Below the pieces are notes generated by a model. It ran no database searches. It saw nothing but the letters and a program-made list of their open reading frames with translations, and was not told where the DNA came from. DNA of 64,000 nucleotides from Naegleria gruberi (lineage: Eukaryota). Position numbers and translations under genes: made by a program. The DNA lies in the NCBI GenBank assembly GCA_000004985.1, contig GG738861.1. The stretch is one strand, 5' to 3'. This document shows positions 1 through 10,932 of the stretch, piece by piece (positions within the stretch are counted from its first letter, which is position 1; every line of letters begins with the position of its first letter).

Positions 1-1583
1 TCTGGAGAATTATTAGAATACCGAGATGAAGTAGAGGAAGATGGATTAAATTGAGGAGGATTAGGAGAGCAGAATGACTCGATTATATTTGTCTCATTGA
101 GAAGGGTATCACTAAGCAATGGGTTTTGAGTAGATGAATTTACAGAGAAGGATTGCCTTGTTGAGTTCTTTAGATATACTTCTACTTTTTCTATATTGTC
201 TGTGGATCCAACAATTTTGAATGCAATTTCATTGGATGAGCTCGACAGACCAGGGGACATTGGAATGGAATTAATACTTGCCAGTGTTGTCATGTTTGGT
301 GTTGTCTGAACGTCACGAAGCATGCTTGTTTGACACGATTTACAATCTCGCTTTTCTTCGTCGTCACTTGAAACAGAAGTATTGCATTCTCTCTTTGGTT
401 GAGGTTTTTGGAAATGTTTGGCATATGTGGATTTTACAGGTTCTCGTGAGCTAATCTTTTTGGAAATATTTTCTACTGCTTGGTTTGCTCTGGATTTGGA
501 GGTTGACGATGTCAAAGGTTTTTTCAACTCTGTCTTCTTTGAAGGCTCTGGTTTTGTATATTTGGAGGTTGGTGTTTTTGATCTTGTTGTTGCGACTTTA
601 GATTTGATAGATGTCTCTTTCTTCTCTTCCTTCATCGAGCTTACCTTAACGGATTGCGGCCTCTTTGGAGTTGTACTTTTTCTTGATGGTTTAATCCTTC
701 TTGGCTCATAATTTTCCTTGTCACTATCAACAGAGCTTATGGAAATATCAGCCTTCTTTTTCTTTGAGTTTTTAGCAGATTTTCCAGAGAAGATTTCATT
801 TTCCATATATTTTTCTCCATAATTATCAAGTTTTGTAAATAATTCATCTGTGTTTGTCGACATATTTGAGGCAGTAGATATCATATCATCCACAGGTCCC
901 ATTCTGTTTGATCTCAATGGAGTGACAGAAGAAAGAGATGTATCAATATCTCTTGGCTTGTATGTATTCGAGAATTCTGTCAACTTCCCATAAAGATCAC
1001 TCAAAGAATCATCCAAATTATGCTGAGTAGGTTTAGGTTTTGATTTTTCATTGTATTTTTCCAAATATCGTTTCAAAGCACTTGCTGTAGAGTCAATTGA
1101 ATCGTCCATACTGATGTTTTCTGAAATCTTTGAAGATAATTTCTTGTTGGAAGGATGAATAAGGCTGCTATCACTCAAGTCATCGTATGCAGCATAGGAA
1201 GATCGTTTTGAGGCACTTGAGGTTGTTTTTTTGACATTACTTTCAATCTCCTTTGCTAAATTATTCATCTCCTCCCACTTTGTTGATACCGATGAAGAGT
1301 TAGACATCATGGAAGAATTTAGACTTTTCATATTTCCAAGAGCAGCAGTACTTGTTGTGGTGACACTAATATTATGATGTTTTTGTACACTAGGTGGCGT
1401 AAGCCTTGACATTAAACTCGACAATAATTCTGATGAATCCTCATCCCCAGTTGTTGGACTCTTTCTTCTCGGGGTTGAATTTACTGATGATGGATAACTT
1501 CTCACAACATACGATGATGAACGGTCCGTATCCTCTCCAGCGTCAGAAACAGTTGACGACGACGAGGAAGAATATTTACTCAT
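1..1583 (-). CDS. Ser/Thr/Lys-rich low-complexity protein, partial (C-terminus lies beyond window start)
   Basis: Manual translation of the minus strand from ATG at 1583..1581 (MSKYSSSSSTVSDAGEDTDRSSSYVVRSYPSSVNSTPRRKSP...) runs without a stop to position 1, about 527 codons. It is not in the supplied ORF track, presumably because it has no stop within the window. The plus-strand ORFs 418..711 and 1406..1597 are antisense to it. Confidence 0.5.
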   Translation of the reverse strand, partial: MSKYSSSSSSTVSDAGEDTDRSSSYVVRSYPSSVNSTPRRKSPTTGDEDSSELLSSLMSRLTPPSVQKHHNISVTTTSTAALGNMKSLNSSMMSNSSSVSTKWEEMNNLAKEIESNVKKTTSSASKRSSYAAYDDLSDSSLIHPSNKKLSSKISENISMDDSIDSTASALKRYLEKYNEKSKPKPTQHNLDDSLSDLYGKLTEFSNTYKPRDIDTSLSSVTPLRSNRMGPVDDMISTASNMSTNTDELFTKLDNYGEKYMENEIFSGKSAKNSKKKKADISISSVDSDKENYEPRRIKPSRKSTTPKRPQSVKVSSMKEEKKETSIKSKVATTRSKTPTSKYTKPEPSKKTELKKPLTSSTSKSRANQAVENISKKISSREPVKSTYAKHFQKPQPKRECNTSVSSDDEEKRDCKSCQTSMLRDVQTTPNMTTLASINSIPMSPGLSSSSNEIAFKIVGSTDNIEKVEVYLKNSTRQSFSVNSSTQNPLLSDTLLNETNIIESFCSPNPPQFNPSSSTSSRYSNNSP

Positions 1584-1727
1584 TTTTTTGTGTCTAATGA
1601 AGTTTTGCGCTTAATTTTTTAAGCAACCTCAAAAATGTAGAATTTTGGCGGGAAGAAAAAGGCGGTAACAGATAAACTTTAAATTAAAACCTTATTGAAA
1701 TAGATGAATAGAATGAAAACCTCATAT

Positions 1728-3048
1728 TTAATAATCCACTAATAAATCATGCAAGAATTGTTTACGAGCTTGATTCATAACTTTGGTCTTTTTGGTTGAG
1801 CTTTGAACACCACCTGCCTTCTTTCTCTTCTTCTTATTAGATTCTGCTTCTTCCAAAACAGTCTTGGCTTCAGGATTTAAAAGCTTTTCTTCAATTTTCT
1901 TTTCTTGTTTCTTTAATTTCTTGACATCTTTTTCCTTTTCCTTAACATCGACCACATCAACCAAATTCAAATCAAACAAACCAATGGCATTGTAAAATCT
2001 GATATTTTCCAAAGAGCAACTTGCTAAATATTTGGCATCTCTTGAAATACTCAAATCGAAAATTGGTTCATTAGTTTGATCTGTTAATCTATGTTGACGT
2101 TTAGTATTCTTAGTGTTAAGTCCAAATATGACACCATCATCTGATGCATAGGTCAAATAACCTTCCTTAACTAGTTTCATTACTGAAATATTACTGGTCA
2201 ATGTCGAAATACATCTATTTGGTTGATATAATTTGTGTGATTGGAATTCATAAATAGTTCCTGATGATCCAGCAGCATAAATAAAATCACCATTTGACAT
2301 GGTAGCAATTCCAACAAGGTCATCATTCACTCCTTCAGTCACACCAACACCAGTTGGCTTTGATTTTTTCATATCCACAACACTAATACATCCATCAGCT
2401 CCAGCAGAATATAACATTCCAGATTCTGGAGCAAAAGCAAAGCAACTAATATAATCTCCATGTTCCTTATATGATTGAATGGCTTTCTTTTGACGAACGT
2501 CCCAAATTCTAACAACTCCTTCATCATCTCCTGTTGCAACTCTATCATCATCAATAACGATGAGTGAATTAATTGGTGATTTGTGAGCATCCTTAATTGA
2601 AAATTTAACTGATGCCTTTTTAACATCCACAACATTGAAACGACGATCGGAACCACATGAAAGCATTGTTTTACCATCATCGGAGAAGAAGATTTTACGA
2701 CAAGCTTCATTGTGATGATTAAATGTGGCTACACAAGTATTTTCAATTTCAATAGAGTATTTATATCTTTTGATGATGAATTTAATTAATATTAATATTA
2801 AATAAATTATTTAATTAATAGTTTGCAACTATGTGGATTACTCACATTTTAGTTTCACCTGTCACTAAAGCAACAGCTAATAAATCCAATTTAGGATGAA
2901 AATCAATAGAAAAAACAGATTCCGATTCGATAATTGGCTTTGGGACGTAGATTTTTTGATTCTTTTCATCATTCTTCACAATGAAATGTTCATTCAAAGA
3001 ATAGTCAATCTCATCAACAGATTCACGCACGTCTTCTTCTTTGATCAT
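1728..3048 (-). CDS. WD40-repeat protein with lysine-rich C-terminal tail; 2 exons (about 3048..2846 and 2766..1728, intron about 79 nt GTGAGT...AAAAG)
   Basis: Track ORFs 2842..3063 (FSIDFHPKLDLLAVALVTGE, WD-like) and 1728..2666 (VRIWDVRQKK, GDYISCFAF, ADGCISVVD) join in frame across a GTGAGT...AG intron. Exon 2 extends upstream of the listed Met as IYKYSIEIENTCVATFNHHNEACRKIFFSDDGKT. The first ATG sits in an aaaaaaATG context at 3048. Confidence 0.7.
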
Positions 3049-3138
3049 TTTTTTCAAGTTCAAAAAATAACTTGATTTTAATTCATTTCAAGAAAACATG
3101 GTTGAATTATTGAATTGTTGAGTGAATGAAGAGGATGT

Positions 3139-6096
3139 TTATTTCTTTCTCTTCTTGGCTTGCTTATTCTTAATGGATCCAATTGCATTGAGAACTCTTT
3201 TACTCTCAATTTCAGCTGCCTTCTTCTTTTTCTTGTCTGCTTCGAATATGAATCGTTCGAGGGGAGTCATTTCTTCTACTTTTTTACTTCTGATGGCTTG
3301 CCTCTTCTTTCTCTCTGTTAGAATTGGTTGAATGTACGAATCAACTTCCTCCCTCGACATATTCATTCGTTCTAGACAGAAAGTGTAAAATCCTTGCCAA
3401 TTCAATTTTGGTGGGTCAGTAGAAGAAGAAGAAGCAGTAACTTGAGACGATGAGGATTGAGTTGATGGATCACTATCAATATCTGCCCAAACAAAATCTG
3501 AAAGAGAATCATCTACTTGTGGTTTCGTGTAGGCATCAATAATCTTACTATCTGGGAATCCTTCTGGGAAGATGAATTTCTTCTTGGAACCCTTGTAATT
3601 GAATTGGAAATCACCCTTTTTACCCCATGATTTTTGAGTTCGTCCCATATTGAAAGTGTCGTCCTCAACCCATAATTTGAAATCCTTCAATCCCTGGGTA
3701 ACTTCTTCTAAATTATCTTCATCGAGTTCTTTTTCTTCAGGGTTGAAGGCGTCCACAACTTGAGTTGCTGTCACAGGACCAACATTATGTACACCATCCG
3801 TATAGTCAGAGCCCAATAAAAGAGCTATCTGAATTAGATTAGTCCTTGTAAATCCCAAAACTTTGAAAATATTATCCATTCTATATTCTTCAATAATATT
3901 CTTGTCGATATGCCTTGTCGATCCAAATACATTTCTATATACACAATTTGCACCGAACAAAAACAAGTCAGAATCCTCAGTAATGACAGCATCCACTAAA
4001 TTATGTTTAGATAAAAATCCACATTGAGCATCGGCTTCGCTAGGTGAAACCAAGTAAGGAACACCAAGATAGGTCAATAAATCTTTGGCCAGGTCCACCA
4101 AGGCGAAGAAGAGATTTGTTGTTTTCGACTTGGAGTTAAAGAGATCGATCATTGGGTAATCAGAGTCGAACATGGCCTGCTCAAACCTAGCCGCATTCAT
4201 TTCTTGCATTCTTGCCTCTTCATCGCTAACCAGAGGAACCGAACTCATTTTCAATAATGCTTCCTGTTCATTTTCAAATGAATCATCCATAGAGTTCATG
4301 GATTCATTTGTAATTGATACACTTGATTGGGAGGGAGTGACTTCTTCCACTTCATCATCGCTGCTGTCGATTTGAACAGGTTCAAAATCATCTTCAATGA
4401 CTACTTGTTCATCAATATCTATTGGTATTGGTTCTTCTGGTTGAGCCTGCACTTCATCCCACTCATCTGTGTCACCTCCAGCCACAGCTGGTGGTGATTT
4501 ACCTTGAACCTCCTCAAATTCATCCTCCTCCACTAATTGAGCGGTTTCCCATTCTTCATTCATGTTTCGTCTAATAGAATCCCCACTTTCCACTATTGTT
4601 GAAAATATTGAATCTGGTAGCATATCACTATCAGAAATATTATCAAGATCATTATTTGAAAATGTTATTTGAATTTCATCGTCTTCATCATCAAATTCAT
4701 TTTCTACATTGATAGGAGCTTTACCTTTTGCAGCAGGTAGTATTTCCTCTTGCTCTACAACTTCCTTTCTTGAGAGAAAGTCGCTAAATCTTTGAATTGT
4801 TTCCTTACTTAACTCTGCCTTTTGAGTATTGATAGGAGTCTCTCTTTGTTCTTTTTCTTTTGGTGGAGTTTTCTCGAGGAGGACATATCCTTGATTTGGA
4901 TTTGATGCCAGTCTACCACCTGCTACAATTTGAAAGTTTCCAATGTCACCTTCCACAGAGGAAATCGATGAAGAGGCTCTATTCGACTTTGGAGTTGTTT
5001 GTGAAGCTGATTGGAAAATTGATGGCTCCTCATCCTCTTCAAAGAATCCCATACCCATTTCATCAGATTCTTGTTCCACTTCTACTTCCACTGGCTCCTC
5101 TTTAACCATTGTTATTTCATCATTGCTTTGTGAAGATCCAATATTCTGAGGTAGAGAATCCAATAAATGTTGTCTCTCTGAAACTTCCAATAATTTCTTC
5201 AATTGTAATGATGCTTGACTTCCCTTAATAAAAGAATCAAGTTGAGTAGTAGAGAATTTTTCAGGAGTCTTTTTCTTCAAATCTCTAATATGGGAATCGG
5301 GTTTGAATCTCTTAGATCTACGCAGTTGTTTGATAATATCCTGTTGAATTTCCTTTGGCAGTTGTGTAAAAACCTCTGGATCAACTCCAGATCCTAAATC
5401 CAAATTTGCATTCATATCCACTCTTTCAATAGCTTCAAATGAATCATTCATTGCTCCTTCATAATTTCTCTCATCACACAATATTGAAACTTCTTCATCC
5501 TTTACACTTGTTTGTTGATTGTTTGAACTATTTACACCACTCGAACTTGCAACACCACTACTTGATGCAACCGACGAAGAAGATGATGATGGCATTGCAA
5601 AATCAAAATCCTCCTCATATTTTGGTGACTCAGGTTCCTTAGCTTTTTTCATATTTATCAATTTTCTATCTATGGAAGAAACTCCCGAATGTTTCTCCAA
5701 CATTCTTCTATTCAATAACTTTTTCGCCACTTTTTTCAATCGAAAATTATGTTTGGTTGATCTCATTCTTCTCTTTTGAATTGTTTTCTGTTTTACAAGT
5801 GGAGTTGCACCATCAAATATAAAAATTGGTTTGATGTCATAATATAATAATTTACAAATTCTCTTAAATAAAGCCTTCAAATATCTAACTTGAGAAAACG
5901 ATGCTTGACCTGTTTGATTATTGGCTCCTCGACCAAAGAAGAATTCATCATCATGATCCTCTAATCCCATTCCGAGCATGAATTGATGAAGCCAAACACT
6001 AATATCCACAGCAACAGTCTTTCCCGAGAGTACATCAAGACTCTGCACTTGAAATGCCGCAGGACGCAACAAATCCCACAACCCTTTTACGCCCAT
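3139..6096 (-). CDS. RAD2: XPG/RAD2-family DNA repair endonuclease (ERCC5 homologue), single exon, 985 aa
   Basis: N-terminal XPG-N motif MGVKGLWDLL...KTVAVDISVWLHQF and XPG-I motif LGVPYLVSPSEADAQCGFL...VITEDSDLFLFGA. A long acidic/Ser-rich spacer separates them, as in RAD2/XPG. Basic C-terminal tail. Confidence 0.9.
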   Translation of the reverse strand: MGVKGLWDLLRPAAFQVQSLDVLSGKTVAVDISVWLHQFMLGMGLEDHDDEFFFGRGANNQTGQASFSQVRYLKALFKRICKLLYYDIKPIFIFDGATPLVKQKTIQKRRMRSTKHNFRLKKVAKKLLNRRMLEKHSGVSSIDRKLINMKKAKEPESPKYEEDFDFAMPSSSSSSVASSSGVASSSGVNSSNNQQTSVKDEEVSILCDERNYEGAMNDSFEAIERVDMNANLDLGSGVDPEVFTQLPKEIQQDIIKQLRRSKRFKPDSHIRDLKKKTPEKFSTTQLDSFIKGSQASLQLKKLLEVSERQHLLDSLPQNIGSSQSNDEITMVKEEPVEVEVEQESDEMGMGFFEEDEEPSIFQSASQTTPKSNRASSSISSVEGDIGNFQIVAGGRLASNPNQGYVLLEKTPPKEKEQRETPINTQKAELSKETIQRFSDFLSRKEVVEQEEILPAAKGKAPINVENEFDDEDDEIQITFSNNDLDNISDSDMLPDSIFSTIVESGDSIRRNMNEEWETAQLVEEDEFEEVQGKSPPAVAGGDTDEWDEVQAQPEEPIPIDIDEQVVIEDDFEPVQIDSSDDEVEEVTPSQSSVSITNESMNSMDDSFENEQEALLKMSSVPLVSDEEARMQEMNAARFEQAMFDSDYPMIDLFNSKSKTTNLFFALVDLAKDLLTYLGVPYLVSPSEADAQCGFLSKHNLVDAVITEDSDLFLFGANCVYRNVFGSTRHIDKNIIEEYRMDNIFKVLGFTRTNLIQIALLLGSDYTDGVHNVGPVTATQVVDAFNPEEKELDEDNLEEVTQGLKDFKLWVEDDTFNMGRTQKSWGKKGDFQFNYKGSKKKFIFPEGFPDSKIIDAYTKPQVDDSLSDFVWADIDSDPSTQSSSSQVTASSSSTDPPKLNWQGFYTFCLERMNMSREEVDSYIQPILTERKKRQAIRSKKVEEMTPLERFIFEADKKKKKAAEIESKRVLNAIGSIKNKQAKKRKK

Positions 6097-6226
6097 TTTT
6101 TTTATAAAATTGAAAAATTCTTGTAAACAATCGAACTCAACATTGAAAAAACTTCACTAATTTCATTTATCAATTATGGGGTTTCTTTTGGTTGTTAGTC
6201 TGATTCGGAAAGAATGAGAGCTTTAT

Positions 6227-7111
6227 TCATTCTACACCCTTTTTCCAAACAAAATTACTAAGGGCAGAAAGTGAAACATCATCACAAGTGACAATTGAAT
6301 TATTTACAATGGCAAATTTGACAATTAACCATGGGTTGTTTGGGTTGGAGTGGTCTGGATTGCAATCACCAATAAAAGCAACAATTTTATCCAAATGTTG
6401 AACGCTTTCATCAGCTTTGGTCAACTCTTTCAATTTTTCTGAATTATCAACTACTTTGAGCACCATTTGAGATTTTGTAATCAGCTTGCTTTCATTGAGA
6501 ATTGTAAAATTGAATTGAGGAAGTTTCTTTTCCAAGAATTGAGAATATTGTTCACACAATCCCTCCTTCTCAATCAAATCACAATTCAAATAGACATGAT
6601 TCTTCTCCTGTGAAATTCTATTCCAAAAATATGAATCCATTTCCAATAACCATTGTCTATGAAATTCCGAATCTTCACAGCCAGGTGGAAGAGCTCTCTG
6701 AACATATTCCCTCCAAAAGTCAATTTGTAAATACTCCTCCCCAACTTCTTGCTGAGTTTGTACATGTCTAGAAGATCTGACATTGACTTGTCCCTTTCTC
6801 TTACTCTCATAATCAACCCATTGTTTCCACAAATTGTGATGAAGTTGCACTTGTTTTTGTAAAAGATCAATCTCTCTCTTCTGTTGGACCATTACAATGT
6901 AAAAGAGATATGAGACGAGAGCTGTCAATACAACGAGCCACAATCCTTGAATTGCTGATAGTGAAGATGGGCTGGAGGAGGCCATCTGTGTAGCTGTTGG
7001 TATGTTTTTTTTAATTGTCTGATCAGATTGAATATCGGAAGAGGAAACACGTGTTTTTTCAGAATCAAATTTGGACACTTGACTTCCGATATCACATCTT
7101 AATACTTGCAT
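6227..7111 (-). CDS. hypothetical single-pass membrane protein
   Basis: ORF 6227..7198 whose listed start is TTG; first ATG at about 7111 (MQVLRCDIG). One hydrophobic helix (GLWLVVLTALVSYLFYIVMV). No recognisable domain. Confidence 0.4.
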   Translation of the reverse strand: MQVLRCDIGSQVSKFDSEKTRVSSSDIQSDQTIKKNIPTATQMASSSPSSLSAIQGLWLVVLTALVSYLFYIVMVQQKREIDLLQKQVQLHHNLWKQWVDYESKRKGQVNVRSSRHVQTQQEVGEEYLQIDFWREYVQRALPPGCEDSEFHRQWLLEMDSYFWNRISQEKNHVYLNCDLIEKEGLCEQYSQFLEKKLPQFNFTILNESKLITKSQMVLKVVDNSEKLKELTKADESVQHLDKIVAFIGDCNPDHSNPNNPWLIVKFAIVNNSIVTCDDVSLSALSNFVWKKGVE

Positions 7112-7476
7112 AGAGGATGAGAAACTTGAGGAATTTTGATACTTAATTTTGTCTATTTTACAATTTCTGTAAATATTTGTAGTAACCTTAAACGTCAAAG
7201 TTTGTGAATCTGACTAACTTAATCAAGCTAAACAAACCCAGTACTACTAATTTAACATTTTACTTGACGATATTGCTCTTCCTTGTATCCATTCACAAAG
7301 AACTTTTCAGACAACTAATACAACCAATAAACTGGAAAATTCGTTCATTTCAATTTCTTTTACAAATTCAAACAGTGATGGTATTAATATTGTCATCATC
7401 TTTGTCATTGTGTAATTGTTTTAAATAGCAAGTGTTATATAATAAATTTAGGAGTATACATTTATTTACAGAATAA

Positions 7477-8031
7477 TTATTGTCTTGGAGCACCTCTTCC
7501 TCGTCCTCCAGAGATACTAGATGACATTCCTCGTCCTGCACCAAGTGGTTGCATTCCTTGTTGTGTTGATACAGCTCCTAGAGATGTTGGTCCTGACATT
7601 AATCCAACAGGAACCATTCCGATCATTGTTTGTGGAACAACTTGTCCTCTTAGTGGCATTCCTCTAGCAGCAGACATAGCTACACCTGAAGTTGCACCAG
7701 CAACTCCCTTTGGAATGGATGATGTATTGGTGGTAGCTTGTTTTGCAAGTATTGATTTAACTCGAGAGTCTTCTGCTGGTGGCGGTCCTTCAACAACAAT
7801 TGAAATTATATTTTCTCCACGAATAAGTAAAAATCCAAGGCTTCTCTTTTGTTCAACTTCTTCTCCTTTACTTCCTTTTGGTATAATCTTTCTAAATTCC
7901 TCACAATCAGCAACAACTAGATTCATAAATTTATCAAAAGCCATAAATTTTCCTACTATTTGTCTACCATCTTGAAGAGTTATTCTCATACGATAGTTGA
8001 GAAATTGGTAGAGTTTAGAGTTTTTTGGCAT
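7477..8031 (-). CDS. SNRPB: Sm core protein SmB (small nuclear ribonucleoprotein-associated protein B)
   Basis: Sm fold sequence [49 protein letters not shown] followed by a Pro/Gly/Arg-rich tail ending [10 protein letters not shown], typical of SmB/B'. Confidence 0.88.
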   Translation of the reverse strand: MPKNSKLYQFLNYRMRITLQDGRQIVGKFMAFDKFMNLVVADCEEFRKIIPKGSKGEEVEQKRSLGFLLIRGENIISIVVEGPPPAEDSRVKSILAKQATTNTSSIPKGVAGATSGVAMSAARGMPLRGQVVPQTMIGMVPVGLMSGPTSLGAVSTQQGMQPLGAGRGMSSSISGGRGRGAPRQ

Positions 8032-8354
8032 TGACTATGATCCGATTAATCCACACACAATTTCATTAGTTCATACAATCATCATTATCCACAAATTATT
8101 GTCATTAATTTAATATAATATATTGAATGTTATATTAGAATAATAAACACAATAAATAATATCATCAAATTGTCATTATGATCAGCTTTAAAATAAAACA
8201 AAAAAATCACCTACCATTTTTTCGTATTTTTTTATAAATAATAATTAAAATTCTAATTGAAGATGAAGTAATAGCGTCAACAGAAAGTTGACCTTTGCAA
8301 ATAATTTTACTAGTAATGAACTGCAGTTGCAATAATTAAATTGAACTATACAGA

Positions 8355-9404
8355 TTATATTTCAACACTTTCTGGAATGTCAGTATTTGGTGCAAGCTCA
8401 AGAGATGGTTCGTATGGTGTAGATTCTTCTTCGGCTTCACCACCAACATTTTCTTCTTCAGCACCACCTTGACTTGATCTCTTTTTCTTCTTTGGGGATG
8501 GCTCTACTGTATTGTCATCTTCAAATTGGAATTCCTCTTCTCCATCTTCTTGAGAGTATGGCTTAGGTCTGTATGGAGATGTGGAGAATGAATCGTCCTT
8601 ATTTACATTATCTTCATCGTTGTTTTGTTCGTTTTGTTCATTATTTTCATCTTGTTCCTCTTCTCGGTTATCATCTTGATTTTCCTCTTCATCACCCTCG
8701 TGATAAGATGGAAGAACACTCTTAGATTGACCTTTCTTTCTCTTTCTTTTACGTTGTTCCTTATTATGTACAGCTTTTTGATAACGAGAACTAAATGTTG
8801 ATCGTCCCCATTCCATAGCTTTATGAACTCGATTACTAAAAGATTGAGATTCCATAAAGGAGAGAGCTTCATCCATTTGTAAATCTGGAAAAACAGTCCT
8901 GCACCAATCGTGAAGTGTATCAAGATAGATATTGAGTCTCTTTGTCAGTACTTGTTTTTCATTACCACTATCCAATGGTACATTTGCTAATTGTTTAAAT
9001 TCCTTATTCTCACTCAAAGCTTGATGTAACACATGGAAACCCATCTGTTTATCTGTATACTTTTCAATTCTTCTATACTTGAGTGGAAGTTTTGGACCTT
9101 CATCTTGTTGAGTAGCACCACTTGCATCACCATCAGCAGTTGTAACACCAGCAGCCTTTTTACGTGTAATCTTCTTTACAGCACTTGCTTTGGCAGCTGA
9201 TGTTTTTGCTGCGGAAGAATTGGTGACTGATTTTCTTGATGCTTTTGAAGGTGGTCTTCTACTCTCCTCCTCATCATATGATTCCAAAAGCGCTCTTTCT
9301 TCTCTCAAAAGTTCATATTTTTGGTCATCATTTTCAAATTCAATAAAACCATCAAATTCGTCCTCGTATAATTCCTCCAAATCACGACGATTACGTGAAG
9401 ACAT
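8355..9404 (-). CDS. acidic nuclear protein, possibly TIPIN/Csm3/Swi3-family replication-fork protection factor
   Basis: 349 aa, ATG in an aaaaaaaATG context. The central segment LNIYLDTLHDWCRTVFPDLQMDEALSFMESQSFSNRVHK resembles the TIPIN core (W..R.FP.LQ.D..F.ES). Basic KRKRKK stretch and Asp/Glu-rich C-terminus. The family assignment is tentative. Confidence 0.45.
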   Translation of the reverse strand: MSSRNRRDLEELYEDEFDGFIEFENDDQKYELLREERALLESYDEEESRRPPSKASRKSVTNSSAAKTSAAKASAVKKITRKKAAGVTTADGDASGATQQDEGPKLPLKYRRIEKYTDKQMGFHVLHQALSENKEFKQLANVPLDSGNEKQVLTKRLNIYLDTLHDWCRTVFPDLQMDEALSFMESQSFSNRVHKAMEWGRSTFSSRYQKAVHNKEQRKRKRKKGQSKSVLPSYHEGDEEENQDDNREEEQDENNEQNEQNNDEDNVNKDDSFSTSPYRPKPYSQEDGEEEFQFEDDNTVEPSPKKKKRSSQGGAEEENVGGEAEEESTPYEPSLELAPNTDIPESVEI

Positions 9405-9718
9405 TTTTTTTACTTGTTTTTAATAATTATTTGAATGGCGTAACGATTGAAAAGTGGCGCCAAAATTTTATCCTGAGTGATTACTTTTCACATTTATTAT
9501 TTATTGCTCAACTCGTAAGCAAGGTAATCTTTCATATCCAATATGATTTTCTTATTTCTAACAAATCTTCTGCATTATTAAAGATAGCTAAGCACTTTAA
9601 AATTCATTGACCAGATGTAAATATAAAAAGAATGTTCAACAATATTCAACTACAGCCAACGGAATTTTATTTCAAGCTTTATTTGTCTCTCAAAATTCTA
9701 CAAAGAATTCTCAAAAAA

Positions 9719-10675
9719 ATGCGTCAATTACTTCTCTTCTTCATTGTTCTTCTTGCCTTAATGAGTGTTTGTTGTGGCTTCGATGTTAAGGTCGCATTGC
9801 CTGCTTCAACAACCACCTCACATCAAACCCCTGAGAAAAAACTGGTCAAATCATCAGCAACCTGCCACTTTGGAGAAAGAACAGGTTTACCACCAATTAT
9901 ATGCAGTGATTGCAAGTATTGCAATAAAGCTCCAACATGCACAAATTTCAATGGAGAGAAGAGCATATTTAACTCTCTACAATTCGAAAACAAAAACCTT
10001 GCTTGTAAATTGGCAATGATGAGAGAGCACTGTGCCAGTTCTGATCCAACAAATGATAATTTGTGGACGGTAGTTTCACCCAGTTATTATCCTTATTATA
10101 ATCCAACTTACAGATTCAAACTTTGTAAACGTTGGACTAACAAAATGTCTTCTATTTGTTACTCTAGCTATGATGTTGAATATGATAGTGATTGTTGGGA
10201 TGATCCAACATTCAGTTTTTCAGAGGCAATGGCAAGTGATGGACTTTGTAAGTTTGGTGAGCTCGTAGGAAAAGCTCCTCAACCGTGTCCGAATTGCACA
10301 GCATGTGGAAATGGAAATTATCCAACATGCTTCACATATAATTCTCAATTACAAATGAAAAAGCTCATTAATAATTATGGTGGCCTTGTAAATGAAGACT
10401 GTTTCGTTGATGTAAAACAATTGGTATGTGCTCAATATCATCCAAAGAATCAGGGATACCATTATAAGATATGGTCACCTTTTCAGGCTTGTAGATCTGT
10501 CTGTGAAAAGAAAAGGAATATGTTGTGTTATCCAGAATGGTATAATTGCAACGATTTTCCAACAGCTGATTGTTGGGATGGATCTATTACTGTGTCAGGA
10601 AGTTATGGATTCTTCCAAATTGTTCCGTTCAAGATAATTTTTGGATTGTTTGTTCTTATTTTAAGTCTCTTCTAA
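9719..10675 (+). CDS. secreted cysteine-rich protein with C-terminal hydrophobic (GPI-anchor-like) tail
   Basis: The ATG at 9719 gives a signal peptide MRQLLLFFIVLLALMSVCCG. About 30 Cys in conserved spacing (CSDCKYCNKAPTC..., CPNCTACGNGNYPTC...). Ends in FKIIFGLFVLILSLF. Confidence 0.6.
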   Translation: MRQLLLFFIVLLALMSVCCGFDVKVALPASTTTSHQTPEKKLVKSSATCHFGERTGLPPIICSDCKYCNKAPTCTNFNGEKSIFNSLQFENKNLACKLAMMREHCASSDPTNDNLWTVVSPSYYPYYNPTYRFKLCKRWTNKMSSICYSSYDVEYDSDCWDDPTFSFSEAMASDGLCKFGELVGKAPQPCPNCTACGNGNYPTCFTYNSQLQMKKLINNYGGLVNEDCFVDVKQLVCAQYHPKNQGYHYKIWSPFQACRSVCEKKRNMLCYPEWYNCNDFPTADCWDGSITVSGSYGFFQIVPFKIIFGLFVLILSLF

Positions 10676-10860
10676 ACTATTATAATTAAACTAATCAATG
10701 AATTCATTATTTACTTCTATTGCTCATAAAAAAGTGACTTTTTACCTTTGGATAGAGACTTATATTCAACATTGTGGATGGAGAAAAGAATGATTATCAA
10801 GGTATTGTCTAATGCTGTATATGAAAACAAATATATGAATAATAATTCATAATTATGTAT

Positions 10861-10932
10861 TCCCGTGTAGTCCAATGGCTAGGATACCTGGCTTTCACCC
10901 AGGAGGTCCGGGTTCAATTCCCGGCATGGGAG
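10861..10932 (+). tRNA. tRNA-Glu (anticodon UUC)
   Basis: TCCCGTGTAGTCCAATGGCTAGGATACCTGGCTTTCACCCAGGAGGTCCGGGTTCAATTCCCGGCATGGGAG. A 7-bp acceptor stem forms (one G-U pair). Anticodon stem CCTGG/CCAGG with loop CTTTCAC. T-loop GGTTCAATTCC. A T-run follows downstream. Confidence 0.9.

Noticed and set aside
4172-5779. Several 60-86 aa plus-strand ORFs (4172..4375, 4860..5105, 4943..5149, 5215..5397, 5439..5642, 5519..5779)
   Set aside because: All lie antisense within the well-supported XPG/RAD2 CDS and have low-complexity translations. They are artefacts of an AT-rich coding strand.
8603-8923. 106-aa minus-strand ORF inside the 8355..9404 gene in another frame
   Set aside because: It is overlapped by the longer ORF that has a proper aaaaaaaATG start and coherent acidic/basic domain structure. 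Its translation is K/N-rich junk.
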